This document shows positions 31,449-43,350 of a DNA stretch of 64,000 nt, in pieces (position 1 is the stretch's first letter; the number at the start of each line of letters is the position of its first letter). Location of the stretch: NCBI GenBank assembly GCA_965225945.1, contig CBDDBZ010000033.1, forward strand, positions 160,001 through 224,000, read 5' to 3'. Source of the DNA: Alphaproteobacteria bacterium (GTDB taxonomy: Bacteria; Pseudomonadota; Alphaproteobacteria; GCA-2731375). The position numbers and the translations under genes are program-made. Below the pieces are notes generated by a model. It had not been told where the DNA came from and ran no database searches. It worked only from the letters and a program-made list of their open reading frames with translations.

Positions 31449-32591
31449 CTAGTGTTCCGATCCTAACAAAAGTTTCCCAAAGGGCTTGCGTTCTGCGATT
31501 CTGGGGGAATGACGAAGACATTGGCATGCATCTGGCTGTCTCCCGCGGAGCGGGCGACGCTGGAAGGGTTGGTTTCTGGGCGGAACACGCCGCAGAAGCT
31601 GGTTTGGCGGGCACGGATCGTGTTGCTGTCGGCTGACGGGATCGGCACGATGACGATCGTCCGGTTGGTCGGCAAAAGTAAGGTGACGGTGTGGCGCTGG
31701 CAGGAGCGCTACCTTGCCAAAGGCATCGCCGGACTGCGCCGCGATGCGACGCGACCGGGACGCAAGCCGCCGCTGAGCGCCGAGGTGATCGAGCGGGTTG
31801 TGCATAAGACCTTGCACGAGACGCCGGAGGCGGCGACGCATTGGAGCATCCGCAAGATGGCCCGTGCCGTCGGCCTCAGCTACACCAGCGTGCAGCGGAT
31901 CTGGAAGGCGCACGGCCTCAAGCCGCACCTGGTGAAGACCTTCAAGCTGTCGAATGACGAACACTTCGTCGAGAAGGTGCGCGATATCGTCGGTCTCTAT
32001 CTCGATCCGCCGGACAAGGCGCTGGTTCTCTCGGTCGACGAGAAGAGCCAGATCCAGGCGCTCGACCGCACACAGCCCGGCTTGCCGATCAAGAAGGGCC
32101 GAGCCGGCACCATGACGCATGACTACAAGCGCCACGGCACGACGACATTGTTCGCCGCGCTCGACGTCGCCACCGGCAAGGTCATCGGCCACTGCATGAA
32201 GCGGCACCGCCATCAGGAATGGCTGAAATTCCTGCGCCGTATCGACGCCGAGACGCCCAAGAAGCTCGACCTGCATCTGATCGCCGACAACTACGCCACC
32301 CACAAGCATCCCAAGGTCAAGGCGTGGTTGGCAAAACATCCTCGCTTCCATATGCACTTCACTCCGACATCCGCCTCCTGGCTCAGCCAGGTCGAACGCT
32401 TCTTCGGCCTGATCACCAGCGATCAAATCCGTTGCGGCGTGTTCAAGAGCGTCGCCGAACTCGAAACAGCCATTCAGGAATACCTCGAGCACCACAATGC
32501 CGATCCAAAACCCTTCGTATGGACCGCTTCCGCCACCGCCATACTCGAAAAAGTCGCTCGTGGGCGACAGGCGTTAGAGTCGGTACACTAG
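31449..32591 (+). mobile_element. IS630-family element (transposase 31509-32591)
   Basis: IRs CTAGTGTTCCGATCCTAAC / GTTAGAGTCGGTACACTAG with a CTAG/TA target. Motifs VDEKSQIQAL, DYKRHGTT, DNYATHK, SWLSQVERFF. Confidence 0.95.
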
Positions 32592-32666
32592 GTGGTATAC
32601 GAGCGCATCGATCGCAGGCCATCATCGGGCTGCCGAGCTGAATACGAACGAAGGAGGCGGGAACGA

Positions 32667-32837
32667 ATGAAGCCTGGTCGCGCGAAAGCAGCCGAACCTT
32701 CAGTAGACGATTTCTTATCGGATTCGATCTGCATTTCTCTCGTGCTAAGCGACGGTCTTACGTCGGAGGACGTCTGGCGAATTGTTCATTCAGCTCGAAC
32801 ATCCATGCGCGTCGTTTCCGGCGCTCGGGAAACATAA
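32667..32837 (+). CDS. Small hypothetical protein
   Basis: AGGAGG upstream; EPSVDDFLSDSI..LVLSDG resembles a small alphaproteobacterial family. Confidence 0.4.
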   Translation: MKPGRAKAAEPSVDDFLSDSICISLVLSDGLTSEDVWRIVHSARTSMRVVSGARET

Positions 32838-32875
32838 CCGAACGACGCAAGAGTCGCAGAAGACCGTACTGTTCC

Positions 32876-33125
32876 ATGAGGCGGGTTTGTCGCTATTTCG
32901 GCAGTCTGTTGGCGGCCTATCTGACGCGGCCCTCCGGTTCACCGAGCCTCAATCCGCCCGGCGATCCGGAACGGCTGCGGGCCGCTCTTCGCCCATCCGA
33001 TGCTCTGCTCGTGGACGGCATAGCGCGATTCAGCACGGCGATCATATATCTGACGCAATCGACCTGGTCCCATGTTGCGATATATGTCGGCGGCGTGCTC
33101 GGTCGAGATGAAGATGGCGAGACGT
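32876..33125 (+). pseudogene. YiiX/permuted papain-like ('lipo-like') protein N-terminal fragment
   Basis: LRPSDALLVDG...STAIIYLTQSTWSHVAIYVG, then the sequence diverges; end coordinate approximate. Confidence 0.6.
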
Positions 33126-33574
33126 TGTGCCGACAGTCGTCGATTTGTACCATCGGAAAGGCCTTGGGATCGGCGCTGACATCGCTGGTGAAGCGAAAGC
33201 TGAGCACGTTGGCCATGCCGGTACTGGCGATACCGAAACCGCGCACCGACAGCTGGCTCTGGAACAGGCGGGCTATTTGCTCACTGGTCTCGGAGGCGTC
33301 GGGCTTGCGGATGCGAACCGGCGCGCCCCGGGTGATTTCGCCGTAGCCCGTGGCATCGAGCGCACGCAAAAAGCCGGCGCCGACCTGCGCGCCCTTTCCG
33401 AGCACTCGGCGGCCCAGGCTATGGTTTGCCAACTGTGGGAGGCCTTACTGATTGCTCGTAAGCGCCGTCCGGATACTCAGTAACACCAGGAAAGGCCCTG
33501 TGACGCCCGTGGCGATCAGGATCCCTACGACGGCACCAACGGTTGGAAGCCCGGTGAGCGCACCGCTGCCTGAG

Positions 33575-34336
33575 TTACGCCTTGCGCACGCCGATAGCAG
33601 TGTAGCCGCCGTCGATGAAAAGCACTTGGCCGTTGACGTATGAAGCCTGCTCGCCGGCGAGGAAACACGCGCCGTCCGCAATGTCGGGGACAGCGCCGAG
33701 GCGACCAGCGGGGATGAGCTCCAGATAGGCCGCCCGCCCTTCGTCGCTGAGTGCCGCTTCGGAAAGCGGAGTCGATATCGGCCCTGGGCCAATGGCGTTG
33801 GCAGTGATGCCTAGCGGCGCCAGCTCCAGCGCCATTTGGCGGGTGAGACCAATGACAGCGGCCTTCGAGGTCCCGTAGGCGGTTCGCCCGAAGGCGGCGC
33901 GCTCACCGGCGATGGAGGCGATATTGATGATCCGTCCATACCCGCGCTTGACCATCTCGCGTGCCGCGCTCTGACCGCAATGGAGCACGCCCTCGACATT
34001 AAGCGTCATAATCGCGCGGAACTCTTCCGGTGTCGTCTCAAGGAACGGCGTCAACCTGGCAGTACCTGCGCTGCTGACCATGATGTCGAGTTGTCCGTAC
34101 GCTTTGATGCTGGCGGCGACGAGCTGTTCGACCTGGGCCGGATCTGTGACATCGACCGGGACTGCAATTGCCTGACCGCCATCTTGGACGATGCGATCGA
34201 CCGTCGCCTTGGCCGTTTCTTCGACGATATCGGCGCAGACCACCCGTGCGCCTTCTTCGGCGAAGCGTTGCGCAATGCCGCGGCCAATCCCGCTCCCCGC
34301 GCCCGTGACGACGGCGACCCGATTCTCTAACCGCAT
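33575..34336 (-). CDS. SDR family NAD(P)-dependent oxidoreductase
   Basis: TGAGSGIG, INIAS, YGTSK, NAIGPG, IDGG. Confidence 0.93.
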   Translation of the reverse strand: MRLENRVAVVTGAGSGIGRGIAQRFAEEGARVVCADIVEETAKATVDRIVQDGGQAIAVPVDVTDPAQVEQLVAASIKAYGQLDIMVSSAGTARLTPFLETTPEEFRAIMTLNVEGVLHCGQSAAREMVKRGYGRIINIASIAGERAAFGRTAYGTSKAAVIGLTRQMALELAPLGITANAIGPGPISTPLSEAALSDEGRAAYLELIPAGRLGAVPDIADGACFLAGEQASYVNGQVLFIDGGYTAIGVRKA

Positions 34337-34729
34337 CTCTTCCCTCCCTCAGCATCGAGCAATGCGCATACCGAACCGCAGCTGAAACCAAGTCCCTGGC
34401 TTGGGGCGAGGGGCACAACGTCGGTGTTGGACCCGAGCAAGCAAAGCAGCTGGGCTACGAGGTTTGCAATCGCGGGGGCGGAGCCGATGACACCACATTC
34501 GCACATTTCGTGGCCCGGCATTCCCCACTTGCCCCTCGGGCTTGGTCATCAGCGTAGCTATCGGGCACCTCGATCACAACGCCAATCCTGGCAAGAAGCC
34601 CTGATGGAACGCTTGGACCTGGGGCACCTCTGAACGTTACCCGGCGATTCCGGACCTGCATCCGATGGACGTCAATTGCTGGGGGCATAGTCGCCGTCGA
34701 GCGGACATGGCCTCCAGGCTCACTTAGCC

Positions 34730-34887
34730 GAGGCTGTTGAAAAAGTCGGTCAAGCGCCCGCTCGGTGGCGTTCGGCGAAAGAAAAGAATCGGGGGAGGGC
34801 CTGATCTGGTGCCATCTTTCGTCGGGGTTGGCCGGCGCGAATCAATCTTTCGAGCGCGAGGACCCAAAATACTTTTTCAACAGCCTC
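34730..34887. mobile_element. 158-bp MITE
   Basis: 17-bp perfect TIR GAGGCTGTTGAAAAAGT; 4-bp flanking repeat AGCC (34726-34729, 34888-34891). Confidence 0.75.
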
Positions 34888-34968
34888 AGCCAATACTTTC
34901 CATTCGACACTTCTAATGTATCGGTGTGCCTCGACCATCTGAGGTCGCTATTCCTGTGTCTGTTCAGC

Positions 34969-35723
34969 CTTGCCTATCCGGTTATCACCCACACCCACTA
35001 TATGTAGTGTGCACCCATTTTCCTGAGTAAAGCTCGGTGCAGGTCGAAGCGGAGATATCTCCGGCGATGCCGAGCAGGGACTCGGACGGCATTGTAGCGC
35101 CTTTTAGGCGACACTTTAGCGTGGTGGAAATCCTAATCATTGAGTCGGATTTGGCAAAACGCCACGTTGCATAAAGGACCGTCACTTCATTGAAATTTAT
35201 CTGAAATCGGAGGTGAACGACACCGATGGAATATTCCAGGAAATCAGAGCTTCATTGAATTGTAGGATTCGAGTGCCGGATTATTCACAAATAGCTCTGT
35301 GAACTGGTTTTCAAGTTCGCTCAATACGTCATATGAAGTAAACGGATTGAGGATCACGTTCTTGCGTGTCGCTTCGTCTTCGCTGCGACTCAAAACGCGC
35401 AGGAGACTAACAGGCGCGGACGGGTTCTTCGCAACGATTCGTGCCAGCGCGTCGCTTTCTTCGACTAGTGCCGTCAATCGCTCAGACGATGTCGTTTCAT
35501 CAGCAGCTTCCCGTCTGGCCGTGGGTTTCTTCGTTTTTCCCTTGGTCGCCACCGTTCCGTCCCCCGATGTTAAGTACGTGACGTGAATTAAACTCCGGTT
35601 CGGTTTTCAGAACAATCAAGAATTAGCCGGATCGCCTCCTCAATGCGCCTGCGCCGGCCCTTGCCTGCAGTCCAAGGAGACACACTACATATAGTGGGTG
35701 TGGGTGATAACCGGATAGGCAAG
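34969..35723 (-). mobile_element. 755-bp non-autonomous TIR cassette, copy 3 (inverted; passenger ORF 35552-35244)
   Basis: 43-bp TIRs; 8-bp TSD TGTTCAGC (34961-34968, 35724-35731). Confidence 0.97.
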
Positions 35724-36029
35724 TGTTCAGCTTCGCTAGACTTCGCCCATGTCCGAGGGTACGCAGCGCAGGCTAGCGGCGATCGTCTCCGCCGACGTGG
35801 TCGGTTACACGGTGCTCCGTGGTCGCGGGAGGGTCGTGGTGGAGCCGGCCGTCTGAACCATCAGGGTGCCGGATGGGCGGACAGATTGAGCCAGCGAATC
35901 AGGTGGGATCCCGGGTACGTCGGGAATTGGGGGTGAACTCTCCGTCGCCAGGCCGTGCCATCCACGCCCGGGTATAGCCATGAGGCGACGCGCATAGATT
36001 CTTCGCTGGCTGTTCGCTAAAATCGGCGC

Positions 36030-36359
36030 TTGCGGAGGATATGGCCGATACTCAGTTCGGTGACAAAGCTGCGTCGCGTCTGGTCTGGCGGATTGCCTCT
36101 CGGCGAGGCGTTTTGGACCTATGCTGTAGTCGGAGGACTTGCCGTCAATCTCATCACGAGCTTGCTGTTCTTGATTCTGGTTTTAGCGGATTGGCTACTT
36201 GCTGCCCTTGTCGTGGGCTATGGCTTGTCCGTGCCGTACAACGTCGTCGCGCTCGTGGGGGTATGGCGGGCTGCGGAGCGCCACGAGGGCGAACCTGCCC
36301 TAGCGGAGTCGGCCCGCATCGTCACGCTCATCGGAATGATCCTCCTGACCGTGACCTAA
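36030..36359 (+). CDS. Small membrane protein, about 3 TM segments
   Basis: LPLGEAFWTYAVVGG...YNVVALVGVWRAA hydrophobic pattern. Confidence 0.6.
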   Translation: MRRIWPILSSVTKLRRVWSGGLPLGEAFWTYAVVGGLAVNLITSLLFLILVLADWLLAALVVGYGLSVPYNVVALVGVWRAAERHEGEPALAESARIVTLIGMILLTVT

Positions 36360-36629
36360 TAGCAATCGGCGCCCATCTTCGTCGGCCGCATCTTCCATGG
36401 GGTCCGGATGCGCGCCCCGCGCGCGCCTACCTCATCATCGGATCGCCGCTCCAGACCACGTCTTAGCGGCGCTGAGCCGACGCATTCCACCGGCTGTACC
36501 GCCTCGCGGACGGCTGGATCTACCTCGCCGCCGACGCGCTGGATCAGCAGGCGGCACTCAGGCACTGGCTCGGGCTGGCAGATCTGGAGTCCGCCGGCAC
36601 CGGGCACCCGGCCGTGTCACCGCACGGTG

Positions 36630-37000
36630 CGATGGCGAACGCCTTCCAGGGCAGGCGCCTGGCCGACACAATCGCGGGCTTAAAAGCCACCGGCGTACCG
36701 GCAACGGAAGCCCAGGCGGGCGATAGCGAACTGTTCCTCGACGATCCGCATTCGCTGGAGAACCGAATGGTGGCGACGCGCCAACATCCGAAAGTGGGCA
36801 AGATGCGGACGGCATGGAACTACGTCCAGTTCGCCGATACGGCGTCGACGGCCGGGCGCCCGACCCCGCTGCTGGGTGAACATACCCGGGACGTTCTGGC
36901 CGAAGCGGGCCTCTCTCCGGACGAGATAGACCGGCTGTTCGCCGACGGTGCCGCGGTTGCCGAAACCGCGGAACTGTGCACCTTTGGGCCGGCCTTCCCA
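36630..37000 (+). pseudogene. CaiB/BaiF CoA-transferase C-terminal fragment
   Basis: HPKVG, PTPLLGEHTRDVLAEAGLSPDEIDRL; coordinates approximate. Confidence 0.6.
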
Positions 37001-37045
37001 AAGGCGACGACCTGTGAAAACACTGGAGTCGAAAGGAGTCCCTCG

Positions 37046-37666
37046 ATGACCGAGTCGGTAACCCTGGAGATCTTCACGGACTACGTTTGACCGTGGTGCT
37101 ACCTCAGCACCGGGCGTGTTGAGAAACTGAAAGAGACGTTCGACATCGAGGTGAAGTGGGTTCATTTCCCGCTGCACCCCGAGACGCCGGCCGAAGGGCA
37201 GTCGCTGGAGCAACTCTTCGCCGGCCGCGGTGTCGACATCGATGCCATGTATCAGCGCATGAAAGGCTTGATGGACGCCGAAGGGCTTCCCTATGGCCAG
37301 CGGACACACACATACAACAGCCGTCTGGCGCAGGAACTCGGCGTTTGGGCGGATTCGCAGAAGGGCGGCGACGCCCTGCATGACGCACTTTACCGGGCCT
37401 ATTTCGTGGAGGTGCGAAACATCGGCGACATCGAGGTCCTGGTCGATATCGTCCAGAGCGTCGGCCTGGACGCCCAGGAGGCCCGCAATGCGCTCGAGGA
37501 GCGGCGTTACAGCGAAGCGGTCGATGCCGACTGGAACCGCTCGCGCGCCATCGGTGTCACCGGTGTCCCGACATTCGCCGCCGGCAGTCATAGCGTGGTC
37601 GGCGCGCAGCCTTACGAGGTTCTGGAGCAGCTGCTCGAGAAAGTCGGCGCGAGCAAGCGCGGTTAG
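37046..37666 (+). CDS. DsbA/FrnE-like thiol oxidoreductase, probable selenoprotein (in-frame TGA at 37088-37090)
   Basis: AAGGAG RBS; MTESVTLEIFTDYV-U-PWCY is in frame with ORF 37151-37666 (FPLHPETP, GVTGVPTF, GAQPYE). SECIS-like stem-loop at 37103-37123. Confidence 0.85.
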
Positions 37667-37938
37667 GCGCCCGTCTCGCCGCCGCGATATCGGAGTCGGG
37701 CAGGGTTGGCCGCCGTTTCCGAAATCATGCCGGCGATTTCCTCGGACGTCGGCGCGTCGCCGACGGAACCGGCTGGGAATGTTCGAAGCCGGGGGCGAAC
37801 GGGATCTCGGTGGCCGAGGTGGCGGAGCGGGTAGGCGTGTCGTCGAACACGCTCTACCGCCATCTGCCGGGCAGGCGTGCGGCGGTGGGGTGAGCTTACG
37901 CGGCACGGCGAGGGCCACCCATGTCTTCTATCGGGGGT

Positions 37939-39161
37939 CATGGTACACGACGGCATTTACGTAGGACGTTGAAAAGGTTGTAGGATTCCCGATTCACTCC
38001 ACGACGAGTCAAGAGGGAAATCATGCGAGACAACCCGATCAACGCCCTGCGTGAGACGCTACGATGCGGCTTCGCCTTTCGCAAGAGCCGTCTGGAGAGC
38101 CTTTGCGTCTTGGTCTTCGGCGTGTTCGTCGCCCGGACGGTGAACCTCTCTCACTTGGCCTGCCACTTTCCGGGGCGCGCGCGATCCAGCTCCAACTATC
38201 GGCGCCTGCAACGGTTTTTCGAGCAAGTCGATTTCGATTACGATCGCCTCGCCGAGTTCCTGGTCGCGATGATGGGGCTCCAGGCGGGGCCGTGGCGGCT
38301 GACCATGGACCGGACCAACTGGCGGCTGGGTCGCCGCGACGTCAACATCTTGATGATCGGCATCGTCAACCGCGCCATCGCCATTCCCGTGTGCTGGCGG
38401 GTGCTCGACAAGGCGGGCAATTCCAATACCAAGGAGCGGATCGCGATCCTCGAACACGTCCTCCGGCTCTTCGGGGTCGACAAGATCGCCAGCCTCCTGG
38501 CCGACCGGGAATTCATCGGCGACGCCTGGCTGGCATGGTTGCAGGAAAAGGCCATCCCCTTTCACATCCGCATCCGATCCAACATCAAGATCGCCAACAC
38601 GCGTGGTCGCATGGTCAAGGCGAGGGAGCTGTTTCGCGACCTCAAACCCGGGGAAAGCCGCATCCTCTCCAACGCCAGGCGCCTCTCGGAGGCCAGAAAA
38701 CCCAAGGCCAGGCCCGTCTTCGTCGCCGCGCTCCATCTCAAGACCGGCGAACTGTTGATCGTCGTGACCAACGACGCGCCCGAGGAGGCCTTGGCCATCT
38801 ACGCCCAGCGCTGGCAAATCGAGACCCTCTTCGCCGCCTTGAAAACCCGTGGCTTCAACCTCGAAGACACCCACATGACCGACCCGGAGCGCATCTCCAA
38901 GCTCACCGCCGTCCTTTCCATCACCTTCTGCTGGGCGCACAAAGTCGGCGATTGGCTCCACGAGGCCGAGCCGATCCGCCTCAAAACCCACAAAAGGATG
39001 GCAAAATCCATCTTCCGATACGGTTTCGAGTGGATAAGGCGACAGCTCGTCAATCCTATCGACAGGCGTCAAGCCATTGAGCTGATTCGTTTCCTCGTCC
39101 CCGGAAAACCACCAGTCCAGGTGCCCAGGCCAAAGCCAGCATGAACGAGTCGTGTACTGTG
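37939..39161 (+). mobile_element. IS4-family (IS10-like) element (transposase 38023-39144)
   Basis: IRs CATGGTACACGAC / GTCGTGTACTGTG; 9-bp TSD ATCGGGGGT (37930-37938, 39162-39170). Motifs MDRTNW, LADREF, YAQRWQIETLFAALK (YREK). Confidence 0.95.
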
Positions 39162-39169
39162 ATCGGGGG

Positions 39170-39533
39170 TATAGTCTCCGTCGGGCCGCGGTGGCCGATT
39201 CGGTCATTGATAGACCCTATGTCCGTTGAGGTTTCGACGCCGGGACCAGGTGTCCGCCTCAGCATGTAGTTTCGAGGGTTGCACGCGTTTACGTGCCTAC
39301 CCTCATACATGGGAGACGGACATGACGGACGATATCACCTTTGTTGGCTTGGATGTTTCGAAGGAGACGATTTCGGTCGGGATCGCGCCGGGTGATCCGC
39401 GAGAGGCGGTTCATTATTTCGGCACCATCGTGTACCGACCGACGGCGCTCTATTCGCTCTGCAAGAAGCTGTCGCGGGACGGCGCGCGTCTTCACTTCTG
39501 CTATGAGGCTGGCCCGTTCGGCTATTCCCTGCA
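39170..39533 (+). mobile_element. Truncated IS110-family element: noncoding left end plus transposase N-terminus (39322-39533)
   Basis: MTDDITFVGLDVSKETI...CYEAGPFGY (DEDD RuvC-like), cut by IS256-A. TATAGT -10-like box at 39170-39175. Confidence 0.8.
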
Positions 39534-40873
39534 GATTGAGCAACCTGATGTGTGGAAATTCGGAACGCCGTTGATCAGTCATCCTCTGCTTTCCAAGTGA
39601 TGTAGGGTTTTTCGGTGGTTTCCCATTTCTCGTCGATTTCGACGAGGATGGCGGTGACCAGACGTTCGAGCGAGGCCTCGTTGGGAAAGACCCTGACCTT
39701 TACGGTGCGGCGCTTGATCTCCTGCTGGATGGATCGCTCCATGGGGTTCGAGGTTCGCATGCGCTTTTGGTGGCGCTCGGGCAGGGCGAAGACGGCGAGG
39801 CCCTCGGGGATCGCCGTCTCCAGCCAATCGGCGAGCTTGGGGGCGCTATCGCGGTAGGCCGCCACCAGATGGCCCAGCTCGGCCTCGGCGGCCTTGCCGT
39901 CGGCGGCGTTCCAGACCCGGCGCAGCTCCTTGCCGATGGCCTTTCGGATGGCGAGGTTGGGGGCGTGATGGATGGCGTTTTGAGCCAGATGGTACTGACA
40001 GCGCTGCCAGACGGCGCCGCCGAGGACGGCCTTGCGCGCGGCGCCGAGGCCTGGATGATCATCGGAAACGATATAGGCGACACCGCGCATGCCACGGGCA
40101 ACCAGGGTCTCCAGGAAGGCGCGCCAGTGCACTTCGGCCTCGGAGAGCGCACAGGAAACACCGAGCACCCGGCGGCGCTGGTCGGGGCCGATGCCGATCA
40201 CCGAGAGCACGGCGGCGTCGCGCACCACGCCACCCTCTCGGACTTTCTCATAGCGCGCGTCGAGGAGCAGGTAGCGGATCTCGCCCAGCGGCCGGTTGCG
40301 CCAGGCATCCAGCTCCCCATCCAAGAGCTTGGCGGCGCGGCTGACCTGGCTCGACGACAGGCTCTCCAGGCCGAACTCGCGCATCACCGCCTCGGCGTCA
40401 CGGGTGGAGACGCCTTTGATATACATCTCCGCCACGGCCAGCATGACAGCGCGGCAGGAGCGCCGTCCGCGCTCCAGGGCTTGGGGGTAAAAAGGCGCCT
40501 CATGACCGGCGGTCTTGGGAACCTCGAGCCTCACCGTACCGGCCGGGGTGTCGATCTTCTTGGGTCTGGTGCCGTTGGCGTATCCCCGCCGCTCGGGCGT
40601 GCGCTCATAGTGGCCGGCGCCCAAGAACCTCTCCCGCTCGATCCGCATGGCGAGATTGAAAAGGCCGGCGAAGACCGTCGCCATGTTCTCGCTACCGCCT
40701 TCGATCAATTGTTCCATCAAAGCCTCGACAGCGCTATCCTAGTCTTTCCGCATACTGGTTCTCCATGTTTGTTTGGACGCTTTCACGGATAACCAAAATG
40801 ACCGATCGCCCCGCGCCGGGGTATACCCCGGCGCGGGGCGAAGCCAAATTTCCAGACCTCACGCTACACAAGC
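39534..40873 (-). mobile_element. IS256-family element A, copy 2 (ORF 40720-39575)
   Basis: Inverted copy of 24372-27171 without the IS256-B insert. Codon 5 from the upstream ATG is TAG here and CAG in copy 1. No TSD. Confidence 0.93.
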
Positions 40874-41622
40874 CTCCTTTGCCGATGAGGACGGTCTGCA
40901 CCGCCGTCTTCATGTTGTCGTAGATGCCTCGCCGGCAGGCACCCTGGAACAGCCGGAATGCCCGGTCGTGGGCGTCGAACACCATCTCCTGGCTCTCGCG
41001 CGGATAAGCGCGGACGAAGAACATTCGGCTGTGGCACAGCCGGACGTGCGCGACCTTGACCTTGGTCGTCACCCCCGCCAGCACCACGTACTCGTGGCTC
41101 CAGTCGAACTGATAGGCCTCGCCCGGCGAGAACACCAACGGCACATAGGTCTGCGCCGTCGATGCCGAACGGCGCCACCGCCACGCCTTGGCGTAGCGCC
41201 GCACCGCGTCGTAGCCGCCGCCATAGCCCAGACCCTCGAGGGCTTCGGAGATCCGTAGCAGCGTCAGCCGCTCCCGCTTCGACTTGGTCTCGTTGGCCTC
41301 CAGCATCCGCTCCAGCTCGGCCGTCCACGGCCCCAGCTTCGGCATCGGCTGGACCCGCCGGTCGTAGGTGAACGCCGTCGCCTGCGAACGGATCACCTTG
41401 CGCACCGTGTTGCCCGAGACCTTCACGTCCCGCACGATCTCCTTGATCGGCTTCCCCTTGACAAAATACTCCCGCCGGATCCGCGCTATCGTCTCCACGA
41501 CCAACATCCCCCACCACCTCGTCCGCCCAAAAACGAGGTGACTTGGACTAGCCAGGCTCAGGGGGTCAAATTTGGACGCCGATCACCCCTCAACAGGGGT
41601 CAACTTTGCACGCCGTTCCACA
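40874..41622 (-). mobile_element. IS21-family element, copy 2 (5' part of istA only)
   Basis: Near-identical to about 28314-29062; truncated by IS256-A. Confidence 0.9.
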
Positions 41623-42595
41623 CCCAGAAGGAGATGCCCTGTTTGGCGCAGGTCTTCATGAGGCCGAGGAAGGCGTCGCGGGCCTCGCGGCCGGCCTCGG
41701 ATCGGGTGCCGCCGGAGATCTTGCGGCGGGTCACCTGGCAGCGGATGTCGTTCTCCGAGCCGTTGGTGTTGAGCGGCACCTCGGGGCGCTCGAGCACCAG
41801 CAGCAACTCTTCCTTGTTGCCATGGAGCCGGGCGAGCAGGCGATCGAGGGTGGCGAAGCCGGTGCGCCTGGTGAAGATATCGTCGAAGCGCCGGCGAAGC
41901 TCGCGTCTTCGTCGCCGGCGCGGGTCTTCGCGGTAGGCCTTGGGGTCCGCGTAGAGCCACCAGATCCGGGTCCGGATCCGTTCTTTCGCTTGCGCCTGCG
42001 CCTGAGTGAAACAATCCAGCTTATGGACCAAGCGCTCGGCGTGGACCCAGCAGAGCGCGTGATGGCCGACGTTGAACTGGCCGGCGTCGTCGCTGAGGAT
42101 GACGCTGTCTTTGAGCAGGCCGTGGTCAGTAAGGGAGCCCCAGAGCGCGCCCTCGGTGGCGATCTTGACCGGATCGGGCTGGACCTCGAGGTCCGTGATC
42201 CCCAAGGCCTTCAGGTGGCTCATCCAGATCCTCTCGTCGGCAAAGCGGCGCACCCGGGCCGTTTCCAAACGGGCGACGAGGGGGCCGGCGAGACGGCGTT
42301 CGCGCATGTAGGCCAAGGCCGCGTCATTGACCAGGTAGTCTTCGTGACCGGCCCGCAGCAGTTCCAGGAAGTTCCGCCGTCTCTTGGAAAAGCCGGTGGC
42401 GAACCAGGCGAAATGGTCGTTGCCGATCTGCGTGCACACGCCGTTGCGCGCCCGATGGCGGGCGCCGGTGTCGTCCACGCTGACCCAGGCCGCGGTCTCC
42501 AGGCCGGCGCGCAGAACCGCGCCCGCCTCGCCGGTGAAGCACGCCTGGTCCTCGTTCAGGAGCCGCATCACCTGGCGCTTGGAGATCGCCACCCC

Positions 42596-43350
42596 CTTGC
42601 CTATCCGGTTATCACCCACACCCACTATATGTAGTGTGTCTCCTTGGACTGCAGGCAAGGGCCGGCGCAGGCGCATTGAGGAGGCGATCCGGCTAATTCT
42701 TGATTGTTCTGAAAACCGAACCGGAGTTTAATTCACGTCACGTACTTAACATCGGGGGACGGAACGGTGGCGACCAAGGGAAAAACGAAGAAACCCACGG
42801 CCAGACGGGAAGCTGCTGATGAAACGACATCGTCTGAGCGATTGACGGCACTAGTCGAAGAAAGCGACGCGCTGGCACGAATCGTTGCGAAGAACCCGTC
42901 CGCGCCTGTTAGTCTCCTGCGCGTTTTGAGTCGCAGCGAAGACGAAGCGACACGCAAGAACGTGATCCTCAATCCGTTTACTTCATATGACGTATTGAGC
43001 GAACTTGAAAACCAGTTCACAGAGCTATTTGTGAATAATCCGGCACTCGAATCCTACAATTCAATGAAGCTCTGATTTCCTGGAATATTCCATCGGTGTC
43101 GTTCACCTCCGATTTCAGATAAATTTCAATGAAGTGACGGTCCTTTATGCAACGTGGCGTTTTGCCAAATCCGACTCAATGATTAGGATTTCCACCACGC
43201 TAAAGTGTCGCCTAAAAGGCGCTACAATGCCGTCCGAGTCCCTGCTCGGCATCGCCGGAGATATCTCCGCTTCGACCTGCACCGAGCTTTACTCAGGAAA
43301 ATGGGTGCACACTACATATAGTGGGTGTGGGTGATAACCGGATAGGCAAG
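42596..43350 (+). mobile_element. 755-bp non-autonomous TIR cassette, copy 4 (passenger ORF 42767-43075)
   Basis: 43-bp TIRs; 8-bp TSD GCCACCCC (42588-42595, 43351-43358). Removal restores IS66 LSDIGVAISKRQV. Confidence 0.97.

Noticed and set aside
32917-33560. Minus-strand hypothetical ORF remnant
   Set aside because: Interrupted by a stop and no family recognised, so it cannot be supported as a gene.
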